DNA of 41,320 nt, from sequence record DRR723986_8093; one strand, 5' to 3'. Made by a program: the position numbers and the translations under genes. Below the pieces are notes generated by a model. The model ran no database searches, had not been told where the DNA came from, and worked only from the letters and a program-made list of their open reading frames with translations. Below are positions 18,096 to 28,945 of the stretch, piece after piece; the first letter of the stretch is position 1; each line of letters opens with the position of its first letter.

Positions 18096-20810
18096 CTAGT
18101 GCGCCTCATCCCAGTTGCTGCCAGAGCCGGCCTCGACCAGCAGCGGCACATCGAGCTCGGCGGCGCCCGACATCAGCCGGCACAGGCGTTCGCTGACCGG
18201 CGTAATCTCTCCCTCGCGAACCTCCAGGACCAGTTCATCGTGCACTTGCATGATCATGCGCGCATCGGCGCCGCCCTGCTGCAGCCAGTCATCAACCGCG
18301 AGCATGGCCCGCTTGATGATATCCGCCGCCGTGCCCTGCATGGGTGCGTTGATCGCGGTACGCTCCGCCGCCTGCTGGCGCATCTTGTTGCGGGCATTAA
18401 TCTCCGGCAGGTACAGGCGACGTCCAAACAGGGTTTCCACGTAGCCCTGCTCATGGGCCAGGGCACGCGTGCGGTCCATGTAGTCCTGCACTCCGGGATA
18501 GCGCTCAAAATACCGGTCGATGTACTGCTGCGCCTCATTGCGCCCGAGGTGGAGCTGACGCGCCAGGCCAAAGGCCGACATGCCGTAGATCAGGCCGAAA
18601 TTAATCGCCTTGGCCTTGCGCCGCTGGTCCCCTGATACCTCGTCCAGACCGACCTCAAAAACCTCGGCGGCAGTCGCCCGGTGCACGTCCAGACCCTCCC
18701 GAAACGCCTGCAGCAGGCCGCTGTCACCGGACAGGTGCGCCATGATGCGCAGCTCGATCTGGGAATAGTCCGCGGCCACGATCCTATAGCCCTCGGGGGC
18801 GATAAAGGCCTGGCGGATGCGGCGCCCCTCCTCGGTGCGGATCGGGATGTTCTGCAGATTGGGATCCGATGACGACAGGCGCCCGGTCGCGGTTACCGCC
18901 TGGTGATAGGAGGTATGCACCCTGCCCGTTCGCGGGTTGATCATTTCCGGGAGTTTGTCGGTATAGGTCGACTTGAGCTTGTTCAGGCCGCGGTGTTCCA
19001 GCAGTACCTTGGGCAGCGGGTAATCCAGGGCGAGTTCCACCAGCACTTCCTCGGCGGTGGAAGGCGCTCCTTTGGGCGTTTTCTTGATAACCGGCAGCGC
19101 CAGCTTATCGAACAGTATCTCGCCGATCTGCTTGGGCGACCCCAGGTTGAATTCCTGGCCCGCCAGGCTGTGAGCCTCGGCCTCCAGATCCATCAGGCGC
19201 TGGCCCAGCTCCCGGCTCTGCTGGTCCAGTAGTTCCCGGGACAGCAGCGCGCCCTGTCGCTCAATGCGCGACAGTACCGGTACAAGGGGCAGCTCGATAG
19301 TCTCCAGCACCGAGCGCAGTTTCTCGTCAGCCTCCAGCCTGGGCCATAAAGCCTCATGCAGGCGCAAGGTGACGTCCGCATCCTCCGCCGCGTAGGGTCC
19401 GGCCTCCTCCAGCTTGATCTGGTTGAACGTCAGTTGCTTGGCGCCCTTACCCGCTATGTCCTCGAAGTGGATTGTCTTGTGCCCCAGGTACTTCAGGGCC
19501 AGGCTGTCCATATCATGGCGGGTGGCGGTAGAGTCCAGCACGTAGGATTCGAGCATGGTGTCAAAGCGAATACCGCGCAGGGTAATGCCGTGGTTCGCCA
19601 GCACCGAGGCGTCATACTTGAGGTTCTGGCCGAGTTTTGCCTTGTCCGGATCTTCCAGCAGCGGCTTGAGCGCTCCCAGCACCGTGTCACGGTCCAGTTG
19701 CGGAGGCGCACCGAGATAGTCGTGCGCCAGGGGCACATAGGCAGCCTGCCCCGCATCAACCGCGAAGGAAACGCCCACCACCTGCGCCTCCATGTAGTCG
19801 AGGCTGGTCGTCTCGGTATCGAAGGCAAACAGCTCGGCCTGCTGAAGGCGTTCCAGCCAGCCGGCGAATGCCGCCTCATCGGTAACTACCTCGTATTCGG
19901 ATTCCAGCGGCGCTACCGCCTCGACGTCGCCCTCCTCCAGCAACTCCTCCAGCCAGCTCCTGAATTCCATGCGGGTAAACAGCTCGACCAGGCCGTCGCG
20001 ATCCGGCTCACCGTTGTGCAGGTCAGCCGGTGCCAGGTCCAGCGGCACATCGGTCTTGATCGTGGCCAGCTCATAGGACAGCAGGGCCTTGTCATGCTCC
20101 GCTTCCAGCTTGGCGGCCATGGTTTTCGCGCCGCGGAATTCCAGCTCCGCAACCCGGTCAAGCGATGCGTAGATCTGCTCAATGCTGCCCAGGCCCTGCA
20201 GCAGAGCGAGGGCGGTCTTCTCCCCCACCCCCGGCACGCCGGGAATGTTGTCGACCTTGTCGCCCATCAGGGCCAGGAAGTCGATGATGAGGGCCGGCGG
20301 AATACCAAACTTTTCCCGCACACCGGCTTCATCCAGGGTCGTCTCGGTCATGGTATTTACCAGTGTGGTATAGCTGTCGACCAGCTGCGCCATATCCTTG
20401 TCGCCCGTGGAGATCACAACCGGCCTGCCCTGCTGGCTGGCCTGGCGGGCGAGGGTCCCGATCACGTCATCCGCTTCCACCCCAGGTTCACAAAGCAGGG
20501 GCAGGCCCATCGCCCTGACAATGGCATGGATCGGCTCCACCTGCTCCCGCAGTTCGTCCGGCATGGGCGGCCGGTGCGCCTTGTACTCGGCAAAAATCTC
20601 GTCGCGGAAGGTCTTGCCCTTGGCGTCAAAGACCACCGCGACCGGGCTGCCCGGGAAATCCTTGACCAGACGTCGGAGCATACTGATCACCCCCTTCACC
20701 GCACCGGTGGCCTCACCCCGCGAGTTGGTAAGCGGCGGCAGGGCGTGGAATGCGCGATAGAGATAGGACGATCCGTCCACAAGGACGAGGGGCAACTGGG
20801 TATCGGTCAT
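18096..20810 (-). CDS. polA: DNA polymerase I
   Basis: [14 protein letters not shown] 5'-3' exo; FDTETTSL 3'-5' exo; [24 protein letters not shown]. Confidence 0.99.
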   Translation of the reverse strand: MTDTQLPLVLVDGSSYLYRAFHALPPLTNSRGEATGAVKGVISMLRRLVKDFPGSPVAVVFDAKGKTFRDEIFAEYKAHRPPMPDELREQVEPIHAIVRAMGLPLLCEPGVEADDVIGTLARQASQQGRPVVISTGDKDMAQLVDSYTTLVNTMTETTLDEAGVREKFGIPPALIIDFLALMGDKVDNIPGVPGVGEKTALALLQGLGSIEQIYASLDRVAELEFRGAKTMAAKLEAEHDKALLSYELATIKTDVPLDLAPADLHNGEPDRDGLVELFTRMEFRSWLEELLEEGDVEAVAPLESEYEVVTDEAAFAGWLERLQQAELFAFDTETTSLDYMEAQVVGVSFAVDAGQAAYVPLAHDYLGAPPQLDRDTVLGALKPLLEDPDKAKLGQNLKYDASVLANHGITLRGIRFDTMLESYVLDSTATRHDMDSLALKYLGHKTIHFEDIAGKGAKQLTFNQIKLEEAGPYAAEDADVTLRLHEALWPRLEADEKLRSVLETIELPLVPVLSRIERQGALLSRELLDQQSRELGQRLMDLEAEAHSLAGQEFNLGSPKQIGEILFDKLALPVIKKTPKGAPSTAEEVLVELALDYPLPKVLLEHRGLNKLKSTYTDKLPEMINPRTGRVHTSYHQAVTATGRLSSSDPNLQNIPIRTEEGRRIRQAFIAPEGYRIVAADYSQIELRIMAHLSGDSGLLQAFREGLDVHRATAAEVFEVGLDEVSGDQRRKAKAINFGLIYGMSAFGLARQLHLGRNEAQQYIDRYFERYPGVQDYMDRTRALAHEQGYVETLFGRRLYLPEINARNKMRQQAAERTAINAPMQGTAADIIKRAMLAVDDWLQQGGADARMIMQVHDELVLEVREGEITPVSERLCRLMSGAAELDVPLLVEAGSGSNWDEAH

Positions 20811-20951
20811 CAGGTCTGTCTGGCGTTATGGGGGAGCAGCGATCGGCAAGCCCGCATTAAAACGGATACCCCGCTGGAATGCCATGCCGCCGGCGACCGG
20901 GGGGCAGCAATGACGAGCAGCTTGTGCGCTCTACCCGCGGGGTCGATGCGA

Positions 20952-21602
20952 TCAGTGATCCCAGAGATAGCGCGCCGAGCGGTAGGTGACCTTCATCTTG
21001 GCCAGGTCCAGGGGCGCTTTGAAAAACCCGTGGTAATCGCCCCGGGGATTAATGAGTACCACATTGGCACTATGGTCCACGAGATAGTTCTCGTCCTGCC
21101 CGGGAACCTTGCGGAACGGGGTGTTCATCGCTGTTGCGACCCGGAACAGGTCCAGGAATTCGCCGGTGACGCCTGTAAAATCCGGGTTGAAATAGGGTAC
21201 GTAGCCCGCAAGTTGCTCCACCGAGTCCCGCGCCGGGTCCACGCTGAACATCACAACCCGGGTATCCTCAGCCTCTGTACCCTCAAGTTCCTTTATGAAA
21301 TTCGCTAGAAAGGACATGGTGGTGGGACAGATATCCGGGCAATAGGTAAAGCCGAAAAATATCAGGGTCCAGTGGCCTTCCAATGACTGCGGGACAAAGG
21401 GCTGGCCCCGGTGGTCAAGCAGCGCAAACTCGCCGATATCCCGTGGGGTCTCGAGCAAATACAGGCCATTGGCCTTCATCTCGGTGGGCGTCATGATCCT
21501 GGGCTGCTGGATGCGGTAAACGAAGCCGGCAACGATTACGAGAATAAACGCCAGGATGGCGGCAACCGTGAGCTTCACACCTCGTGACTGGGATGGGTTC
21601 AT
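20952..21602 (-). CDS. SCO1/SenC copper chaperone
   Basis: N-terminal TM; FGFTYCPDICP; VDPARD; DHS copper ligand His. Confidence 0.95.
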   Translation of the reverse strand: MNPSQSRGVKLTVAAILAFILVIVAGFVYRIQQPRIMTPTEMKANGLYLLETPRDIGEFALLDHRGQPFVPQSLEGHWTLIFFGFTYCPDICPTTMSFLANFIKELEGTEAEDTRVVMFSVDPARDSVEQLAGYVPYFNPDFTGVTGEFLDLFRVATAMNTPFRKVPGQDENYLVDHSANVVLINPRGDYHGFFKAPLDLAKMKVTYRSARYLWDH

Positions 21603-21617
21603 CGTTCTATGCCCTCC

Positions 21618-22517
21618 TCACAGTGATGCAACGGGAAACAGGTAGTGGTCCAGCAACATCACCACAAACAGGGCCATGAGGTAGATGATGGAGTACTTGA
21701 AGGTTTCCATTGCCGCCCGTGGGTTCTTGCCGCGCATCAACTCGATCGCCCAGTATAGAAACCCCACCCCCAGGACCACCGCGCCCAGCAGGTACAAGGG
21801 GCCGCTAAGGCGCGTCGCGAAGGGCAGCAGGGTGATCAGGAACATGATGATCGTGTACAGCAGGATGTGCAGCTTGGTGAATGCGACCCCGTGGGTGACC
21901 GGCAACATGGGAATATCCACCAGCGCATACTCCTCGCGGCGGTGAATTGCCAGGGCCCAGAAATGGGGTGGCGTCCAGGCAAAAATGATCAGCACCAGGA
22001 GCAGGGCATGGCCGTGAATCTCCCCGGTGACAGCGGTCCACCCGAGCAGCGGCGGGGCCGCTCCGGCGAGTCCGCCAATCACGATATTCTGCGGCGTGGC
22101 CCGCTTCAGGAACATGGTGTAGATAAAGGCATAGCCCACCAGCGAGGCAAGGGTCAGCCAGGCGGTCAGGGCATTGATCCAGATGAGCAGGATCGCCATC
22201 CCGGCCAGGCCCATCACCAGGGCGAAAATTGTCGCCTGCATGGTACCGACCCGGCCCTGGGCTACCGGGCGATTACGGGTTCGGGCCATCCGCTGATCGA
22301 CCTGCTGATCCACCAGGTGATTGACCGTTGCCGCTGCGCCAGCGCACAGGGCGATGCCCAGGTTGCCGAGCAGCAGGGGTTCCCAGGGCACCATGCCGGG
22401 CACCGCCATGCACATCCCGATCACCGACGTCAGGATCATCAGGGCCACCACATTGGGCTTGGTGAGTTCCTTGTAGTCCCGCCAGGAGGCGCGCTGCACT
22501 GTTGTTCCATCAGTCAT
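21618..22517 (-). CDS. cyoE: Protoheme IX farnesyltransferase (heme O synthase)
   Basis: [40 protein letters not shown]. Confidence 0.96.
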   Translation of the reverse strand: MTDGTTVQRASWRDYKELTKPNVVALMILTSVIGMCMAVPGMVPWEPLLLGNLGIALCAGAAATVNHLVDQQVDQRMARTRNRPVAQGRVGTMQATIFALVMGLAGMAILLIWINALTAWLTLASLVGYAFIYTMFLKRATPQNIVIGGLAGAAPPLLGWTAVTGEIHGHALLLVLIIFAWTPPHFWALAIHRREEYALVDIPMLPVTHGVAFTKLHILLYTIIMFLITLLPFATRLSGPLYLLGAVVLGVGFLYWAIELMRGKNPRAAMETFKYSIIYLMALFVVMLLDHYLFPVASL

Positions 22518-22522
22518 ACGCG

Positions 22523-23182
22523 TCAGTCACTCGAGTTCTTGAGCAGGAATTTGAGATCGCTGATGACATCGCGATAGCTGATCTCCGCGTTGTAGGACAT
22601 CATAATCCAGCCAGCGGGGTCCACCAGGTACCAGGTATCCGGGTCACCGAGGTACTCCGGGAACAGGGCGGCGAAGTCCCCATCGCCGACCCGCAGCGAG
22701 CGAATACCGCGGTGGTCGCGATCGAGGAATTCGCCAAAATCCGCCGTCACCGGACCATCGTCACTGAGTGCTGCAACGGTCAGGGCGGTGTCGGCAACCG
22801 CCGTATCAGAGAGGTAGGCGCGGGAAATACGAGGGAACTCCTTACCCATGGCAACGTGAATCTGCCGGGTAAGGTACAGGCGGCTCTCACAGGCGTCCGC
22901 GCAGCCGGGCCCGGAGGAGGGCACCAGCAGAACCCAGCGGGATGTGTCGTCGTGCCAGTCGGTAGCCAGGCCGTCGCGATCCGCCAGCACCACATCGCCG
23001 AGCTGGCGTGGCGGCTGCACCAGGGTGCCGCGGTTGGCGGTACCGATCATACCCACCAGGTCGAGGTCACCGCGAATCACGAAGTACCAGAGCCAGGAAG
23101 CGGCCAGGATCATGGTCAGCGGAATCCCGGCGATCAGCAGCAGCACCAGCCGATTGTTGTTCACTGTCTCCGAATGTTCCAT
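22523..23182 (-). CDS. Cox-cluster-associated membrane-anchored hypothetical protein
   Basis: Single N-terminal [11 protein letters not shown], CxxxC (CADAC), [12 protein letters not shown]; usual position after SURF1 in gammaproteobacterial cox clusters. Confidence 0.75.
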   Translation of the reverse strand: MEHSETVNNNRLVLLLIAGIPLTMILAASWLWYFVIRGDLDLVGMIGTANRGTLVQPPRQLGDVVLADRDGLATDWHDDTSRWVLLVPSSGPGCADACESRLYLTRQIHVAMGKEFPRISRAYLSDTAVADTALTVAALSDDGPVTADFGEFLDRDHRGIRSLRVGDGDFAALFPEYLGDPDTWYLVDPAGWIMMSYNAEISYRDVISDLKFLLKNSSD

Positions 23183-23947
23183 TTAACTACCGTCGTCGCC
23201 TCGTTGCCTGATCACTTGCCATACGTTGCTGCTGCGCAGCAGAAAAAACAGCAGCAGCACTGCCGCCATCGTAAACCATTGCACCGCATAGCCCTGGTGC
23301 TTGGCCGGGCTGACATTGACGATCTGCCAGGCCACGTCCAGCGCGCCGGGTTGACCGGCATCGATGCGCACCGGGTAGGGCATCAGCTCCGCGCCCAAAC
23401 GAGCGCCGAGGGATGCCACCAGCTTGTCCATCTCCAGCGCCTGCAAGCGTATCGGCCAGGGACCGTTCAACTCCTGCTCCGCCAGCAGGTAGGGGGCCCC
23501 GGGAGCCACATAGAGATGGCCCGTCAGGCGTACATCGCCTGCTACCGCCGGCACGTCGGGCAATTCGAGACGCGCCGGGTCGCCTGCTATCCAGCCCCGG
23601 TTTACCAGCACCAGGCCCTCACCGGAGGCCAGCTGCAGCGGGCTCACAATCTCGTAGCCGAAACGACCGCCTTGAATCCTGTTATCCAGTAACAGGTCGC
23701 GGCCCTGGAGAAAGCGCCCGACAACCGCGACCGGCAGGTAGCCCAGGTCGGCGGAATCCGCTGCCAGCAAGTCCCGGTCCAGGAGCGCCGGTGCCTGTTG
23801 GCTGCGTTGCTCGAAGGACTGCGCCAGGCGGGCCTTTTCTTCCGCCCGATCCAGCTGCCAGAAACCCAGGCCGATGAACAATGGGAACAGGGTGACACTG
23901 AGAGCGGTGATCCGCCATTCGAGGTCAAAACGTAAGCCTTTCAACAC
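23183..23947 (-). CDS. SURF1 family oxidase biogenesis protein
   Basis: LGFWQLDRAEEK, LVNRGW, HQGYAVQWF. Confidence 0.95.
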   Translation of the reverse strand: MLKGLRFDLEWRITALSVTLFPLFIGLGFWQLDRAEEKARLAQSFEQRSQQAPALLDRDLLAADSADLGYLPVAVVGRFLQGRDLLLDNRIQGGRFGYEIVSPLQLASGEGLVLVNRGWIAGDPARLELPDVPAVAGDVRLTGHLYVAPGAPYLLAEQELNGPWPIRLQALEMDKLVASLGARLGAELMPYPVRIDAGQPGALDVAWQIVNVSPAKHQGYAVQWFTMAAVLLLFFLLRSSNVWQVIRQRGDDGS

Positions 23948-24030
23948 CTCGCTTTTCTCAACCTCCGCGCCGCACGCACGTTCACCGCCTGCTGGTTTAT
24001 ACTGCGCCGACTCTCACAGGGACCAAGACA

Positions 24031-24285
24031 TTGCTGAAAATACTGATTGTGCTGTTCATGCTGGCCCTTGTCGCCAGCCTCGGCAGCGGCTTTTACTTCC
24101 TGATGGTAGACCAGGGAGACCGCAACAGCCGCCGCACCTTTCATTCGCTGGGCGTGCGACTGTCTCTCGCGCTCGGCCTGATCGTGACGATTGTTTACGG
24201 AGTAGCTACGGGACAGCTCGGCCATCGCAACCCCTGGGATGCCGGACCGAAGCCCGCTGCGTCCCAGGAAGCCGCGTCTGACTGA
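24031..24285 (+). CDS. Twin-transmembrane small protein (DUF2909/HIG1-like)
   Basis: Two hydrophobic helices, SLGSGFYFLM and SLGVRLSL; inverted between coxC and SURF1 as usual. Confidence 0.85.
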   Translation: MLKILIVLFMLALVASLGSGFYFLMVDQGDRNSRRTFHSLGVRLSLALGLIVTIVYGVATGQLGHRNPWDAGPKPAASQEAASD

Positions 24286-24290
24286 AGCTG

Positions 24291-25265
24291 TTAGAGGATA
24301 TAGACGAACAGGAACAGGAACACCCATACCACATCGACGAAGTGCCAGTACCAGCTGGACGCCTCGAAACCGAAGTGGTCCTCAGCGGTAAAGTGACCGC
24401 CGCGTACCGAGCGCAACCACTGGATTAGCAGCATCGTCATACCCATCGCCACGTGGAAGCCGTGGAAACCGGTCAGCATGAAGAACGTCGAGCCATAGAT
24501 CCCGGAGTTCAGGGTCAGGCCGAAGTGGGCATAGGCTTCGTAGTATTCGTACACCTGCACGAACAGGAACACGATGCCAAGCAGGACCGTAAGCCCGAGC
24601 CACAGGTTGAATTTCTTCTTGTTACCATCGAGCAGCCCCATGTGCGCCACGTGAACCGTGAAGCTGGACGAGAGCAGGATGATGGTATTCCACAGGGGCA
24701 GCCACGCGTACCACGCAGATACCTCGGCAAAGGCCATCGTCTTTTCTGCGCTCTGGAAGCTGCCGTTATTGGCGATTACCTGGCTGCCGGCACCGCCGAC
24801 GGCTTCCTGGGGGGTCAGGGCCATTGGCCAGCTGTATTCAAAGCCTTCCCAGAGCAGGTGATTCATTCGCCCTGCCTCGCCTTCGCCCGCCAGCCAGGGG
24901 CCGGCCAGGGTGCGCACGTAAAACAGTGCGCCGAAGAAGCAGAAGAAGAACATCACTTCCGAGAAAATGAACCAGAACATCCCCAGCACATAGGACTTCT
25001 TCAGCTGGGCACTGTTCATGCCGGCAATGTTTTCCTTGATCGTGATGCGGAACCAGCTGAACAGGGTCGCTACGAAGAAAAACAGGCCAACCAGGAAAAT
25101 CGACCAGGAGTTGGTCGACTCGTTCGGATCGCCGAAGGTCATGTCGTTCATGATGCTGGCGGCGCCGAAAATACTCAGGATAAGCCCGATGGTGGCACAG
25201 ACGGCCAGCTTGCTCTTTTCCGGTACGTAATACTTCTCGTACTCTGTGGATGTCTGACTTGTCAT
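24291..25265 (-). CDS. coxC: Cytochrome c oxidase subunit III
   Basis: WFIFSEVMFF, TFFMLTGFHGFHV, WYWHFVDVVW. Confidence 0.97.
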   Translation of the reverse strand: MTSQTSTEYEKYYVPEKSKLAVCATIGLILSIFGAASIMNDMTFGDPNESTNSWSIFLVGLFFFVATLFSWFRITIKENIAGMNSAQLKKSYVLGMFWFIFSEVMFFFCFFGALFYVRTLAGPWLAGEGEAGRMNHLLWEGFEYSWPMALTPQEAVGGAGSQVIANNGSFQSAEKTMAFAEVSAWYAWLPLWNTIILLSSSFTVHVAHMGLLDGNKKKFNLWLGLTVLLGIVFLFVQVYEYYEAYAHFGLTLNSGIYGSTFFMLTGFHGFHVAMGMTMLLIQWLRSVRGGHFTAEDHFGFEASSWYWHFVDVVWVFLFLFVYIL

Positions 25266-25309
25266 TCTATTTCTCCGATTGACTCACGCAGGCCCCCCTG
25301 ACCTGCGTG

Positions 25310-25870
25310 TTAGCGAACAGCGACAGCGCCGCTCACCATATCTGTAATATCGAAAATCGTGTAGGACAGGGTGATGGTCTTGATATCACGGGGCAGGTCC
25401 TGGTCGATAATAAATTGCAGCGGCATCTCCGCCACCGCGCCACCCTCGAGTGGCTGATTGTTGAAGCAGAAGCATTCCGTCTTGTGGAAATACTCCGCTG
25501 CACGCGACGGCGATACGCTGGGTATGGCCTGGGCAACCATGTTCTTTGGCAAGGGATTGCGCGCGAAGAACACCGTGTCGTTCGATGCACCGGGGTTGAC
25601 CCGCATCATATTGACGCTGGGGCGAAACTCCCAGGGCATGCCATCGTTATTGGTGGCAACGAACTGAATGGTGACCTCCCGCGACTCATCAATGCTGGCC
25701 TGCACCGAGGTATAGGCCTCGCCCGAGGTCTTACCGTTGATGCCCAGGGCATCACAGAGCACGTCGTACAAGGGAACCATAACCACGAACACAAAAGCGA
25801 ACATGGCCACCGCAACCGTCACCAGTTTGGTGACGGTATCGATGACCGGGTTGCTGCTAATGCGGATCAC
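25310..25870 (-). CDS. ctaG: Cytochrome c oxidase assembly protein CtaG/Cox11
   Basis: VPLYDVLC and YFHKTECFCF motifs. Confidence 0.96.
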   Translation of the reverse strand: MIRISSNPVIDTVTKLVTVAVAMFAFVFVVMVPLYDVLCDALGINGKTSGEAYTSVQASIDESREVTIQFVATNNDGMPWEFRPSVNMMRVNPGASNDTVFFARNPLPKNMVAQAIPSVSPSRAAEYFHKTECFCFNNQPLEGGAVAEMPLQFIIDQDLPRDIKTITLSYTIFDITDMVSGAVAVR

Positions 25871-25884
25871 GGTTTACTGCTCCC

Positions 25885-27465
25885 TCAGGAGTGCGCGTGC
25901 GCCGGGTCGATCTTCGGCGGTGTTTCAAAGGTGTGGTAGGGCGCCGGTGTCGGCAGCGTCCACTCCAGGCCTTCGGCACCTTCCCAGACCTTCTCATCAG
26001 AAACCGGCTTGCCGGCAACGATGGTCGCGATCACGTTGTACAGGAACAGGATCTGCGAGGCACCGTAGATGAACGCACCGATGCTGGACATCATATTAAA
26101 GTCAGCGAACTGCAGGGCGTAATCCGGGATCCGACGCGGCATGCCGGCAAGGCCGACAAAGTGCTGCGGGAAGAAGGTTACGTTGAAGCCGATGAACGAG
26201 ATCCAGAAGTGGGTCTTGCCCATGGTCTCGTTGTACATCCGGCCACACCACTTGGGCAGCCAGTAGTAAACCGCGGCCGTCATGCTGAATACCGCGCCAG
26301 CAACCATCACGTAATGGAAGTGGGCTACCACGAAGTAGCTGTCGTGGTACTGGAAGTCAGCCGGGGCAATGGACAACATCAGGCCGGTGAAGCCACCGAT
26401 GGTGAACAGGATAAGGAAGCCGATACAGAACAGCATGGGGGTTTCAAAGGTCAGGGCACCACGCCACATGGTGGTAACCCAGTTGAAGACCTTCACCCCG
26501 GTGGGTACGGCAATCAGCATCGTCGCGTACATGAAGAACAGTTCACCGGCTACCGGCATGCCCACGGTGTACATGTGGTGTGCCCATACAATGAACGACA
26601 GGAACGCAATGGACGCTGTCGCGTAAACCATTGAGTCATAGCCGAACAGCGGCTTGCGGGAGAACGCCGGGATGATCTGCGAGACCACACCGAAAGCCGG
26701 CAGGATGATGATGTATACCTCGGGATGGCCGAAGAACCAGAAAATGTGCTGGAACAGGACCGGATCACCACCGCCCGCGGCGGAGAAGAAGCTGGTGCCG
26801 AAGTGAATATCCATCAGCATCATCGTCACCGCACCGGCGAGTACCGGCATGACCGCAACCAGCAGGAACGCTGTGATCAGCCAGGTCCACACGAACAGCG
26901 GCATCTTCATATAGGTCATGCCGGGAGCGCGCATGTTCATCACCGTGGCGATGATGTTGATCGAGCCCATAATGGATGACAGCCCCAGTACGTGTACTGA
27001 GAAAATGAAGTAGGTCACTGACGGCGGCGCGTAAGTCGTCGACAGCGGGGCGTAGAACGTCCAGCCAAAGGCCGGGGCACCGCCTTCCATGAACAGGGAA
27101 GACGCGAGCAGCAGGAAAGCCGGTGGCAGGATCCAGAAGCTCCAGTTGTTCATCCGCGGCAGAGCCATGTCCGGCGCCCCGATCATCATCGGGATCATCC
27201 AGTTAGCCAGGCCGACGAAGGACGGCATAATCGCGCCGAACACCATGACCAGGCCATGCAAGGTGGTCATCTGGTTGAAAAACGCCGGATCCACCAGCTG
27301 CATGCCGGGCTGGAACAGCTCCGCCCGGATAACCATGGCGAAACTTCCGCCCAGGATAAACATGGCAAACGAGAACCACAGGTACATGGTTCCGATATCT
27401 TTATGGTTGGTGGTAAAAAGCCACCGTGTCAGGCCCTTGGCGGGACCGTGGTGATGATCGCCCAT
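25885..27465 (-). CDS. coxA: Cytochrome c oxidase subunit I (A1 type)
   Basis: TTNHKDIG, FGHPEVY, WAHHM, VAHFHY, GMPRR; ATG 27465 with GGAGGAG SD. Confidence 0.98.
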   Translation of the reverse strand: MGDHHHGPAKGLTRWLFTTNHKDIGTMYLWFSFAMFILGGSFAMVIRAELFQPGMQLVDPAFFNQMTTLHGLVMVFGAIMPSFVGLANWMIPMMIGAPDMALPRMNNWSFWILPPAFLLLASSLFMEGGAPAFGWTFYAPLSTTYAPPSVTYFIFSVHVLGLSSIMGSINIIATVMNMRAPGMTYMKMPLFVWTWLITAFLLVAVMPVLAGAVTMMLMDIHFGTSFFSAAGGGDPVLFQHIFWFFGHPEVYIIILPAFGVVSQIIPAFSRKPLFGYDSMVYATASIAFLSFIVWAHHMYTVGMPVAGELFFMYATMLIAVPTGVKVFNWVTTMWRGALTFETPMLFCIGFLILFTIGGFTGLMLSIAPADFQYHDSYFVVAHFHYVMVAGAVFSMTAAVYYWLPKWCGRMYNETMGKTHFWISFIGFNVTFFPQHFVGLAGMPRRIPDYALQFADFNMMSSIGAFIYGASQILFLYNVIATIVAGKPVSDEKVWEGAEGLEWTLPTPAPYHTFETPPKIDPAHAHS

Positions 27466-27480
27466 GGAAAGCTCCTCCAA

Positions 27481-28635
27481 TCAGCCTTTCTTGTAGTTGT
27501 AGACGTCGATGGGCTGAACCATGTCGCCCATGTTGTTACCAAACGCGTTGCGCTGGTAGGTGATGACCGCAGCCATGTCGACGTCGTTCATCTGGCCACC
27601 GAAGGCCTGCATCGCAGTCCCCGGAACGCCGTTGATACCAATCTCGAGGTGACCACCCAACTCACCGGTGGCAACAGCGCTGCCGGCAATAGGCAGGCCG
27701 AGGCCGCCTTCACCGTTGGCGCCGTGGCAGGCGAGACAGGCGCGCTGGTAGACACCTTGGCCACGCTCCATCAGTTCGTCCATGCTGAAGGTCTGCGCCA
27801 TCAATTGCTTGACCTCTGCCGCTTCCGCCTGCTTGCCGGTTAGCCACTCGCCGTATTCGTCCTTGCTGACCACGTTGACGACGATGGGCATGAAGCCGTG
27901 ATCCTTGCCGCACAACTCAGCACACTGGCCGCGGTAAATCCCTTCTTCGGTCGCCTGGGTCCAGGTCTCGTTAATGAAGCCGGGGATCGCATCCTTTTTC
28001 ACTGCCAGCTCGGGAACCCACCAGGAGTGGATCACATCATTGGCGGTGACCAGGAAACGGACCTTGGTATCCACCGGGATGACCATCGGCTCATCCACTT
28101 CCAGCAGATAATGCTCGCCCTTGTCTTCGCTGTTGTAGATCTCACTCTGCGGCGTACGCAGATTGCTGAAGAACACGACGTTCTCGCCTTCTTCATTCAG
28201 GTATTCGTATTTCCACTTCCACTGGTATCCGGTAATCAGGATATCCATTTCCGCATCTTCGAAATCGTAGATGTCCAGCAGGGTGGACGTGGCGGGAACC
28301 GCCATGCCGATCAGGATGAAGAACGGGACCACCGTCCAGGCGATCTCGACCTTGGTGCTCTCGTGGAAGGTCGAGGGCGTTACACCGCGCGACTTACGAT
28401 GGTAGAAGATGGAGTAGAACATCACTCCAAAAACGAGGATCCCGATGATCACACAGATCCAGAAGATCAACATGTGCAGGTCAAAAATTTCCTGTCCAAC
28501 CACGGTAACACCGGGTGACATGTTCACTTCGTTCATCTTGTCCTCGGCCGCCATGACACCTGCACTTACCAGGCTCATCAGCGTCAGCACGGGACCGAGC
28601 GCCAGCTTGGCCAGCCGCTTCGCTTCAACACGCAT
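27481..28635 (-). CDS. coxB: Cytochrome c oxidase subunit II with fused C-terminal cytochrome c
   Basis: DVIHSW; CuA motif CAELCGKDHGFM; C-terminal CLACH; ATG 28635 after purine-rich SD. Confidence 0.97.
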   Translation of the reverse strand: MRVEAKRLAKLALGPVLTLMSLVSAGVMAAEDKMNEVNMSPGVTVVGQEIFDLHMLIFWICVIIGILVFGVMFYSIFYHRKSRGVTPSTFHESTKVEIAWTVVPFFILIGMAVPATSTLLDIYDFEDAEMDILITGYQWKWKYEYLNEEGENVVFFSNLRTPQSEIYNSEDKGEHYLLEVDEPMVIPVDTKVRFLVTANDVIHSWWVPELAVKKDAIPGFINETWTQATEEGIYRGQCAELCGKDHGFMPIVVNVVSKDEYGEWLTGKQAEAAEVKQLMAQTFSMDELMERGQGVYQRACLACHGANGEGGLGLPIAGSAVATGELGGHLEIGINGVPGTAMQAFGGQMNDVDMAAVITYQRNAFGNNMGDMVQPIDVYNYKKG

Positions 28636-28841
28636 TTCCCCTGTCTCCCTCATTAATCTAGTACGCCATTCCCCCAACCGACCAGTTCCGGGCGCAACCG
28701 GAAGCCCGGTCGAGCGCCCTGCAGGCGTATAAAGAGCACCCGGCGGGCAATAGAGCCAGCGGAGTGTCCAGGGCTGCAGGGACAGGGCAATTGAACTTTT
28801 ATAGTGCCGGCGGCCACGGCGGCCGGCGTCAAAGCGCGGCG

Positions 28842-28870
28842 ATTATAGCGAAACTCGCGCGCAAAAACAA
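28842..28870 (-). promoter_or_regulatory. Putative sigma70 promoter of the cox operon
   Basis: TTGTTT-N17-TATAAT on minus strand followed by a GC-rich discriminator. Confidence 0.6.
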
Positions 28871-28945
28871 TAAGATGCTGATTTCGTGAGAGTTTACCTG
28901 ACGCACATCATGTGCGCGCACGGGGGAGGGGGCACAACCCAAAAT

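Noticed and set aside
19356..21308. 650-aa ORF antisense to polA/SCO, and similar long shadow ORFs (7302-8726, 9921-11348, 22502-23692)
   Set aside because: Antisense to well-supported genes, no recognisable motifs; expected from codon bias in GC-rich DNA.
24031..24285. Inverted small gene interrupting the cox cluster
   Set aside because: Normal, known arrangement in gammaproteobacterial cox clusters.
28871..28945. Possible LexA box before the DinF-like MATE gene
   Set aside because: No CTGT-N8-ACAG match found.
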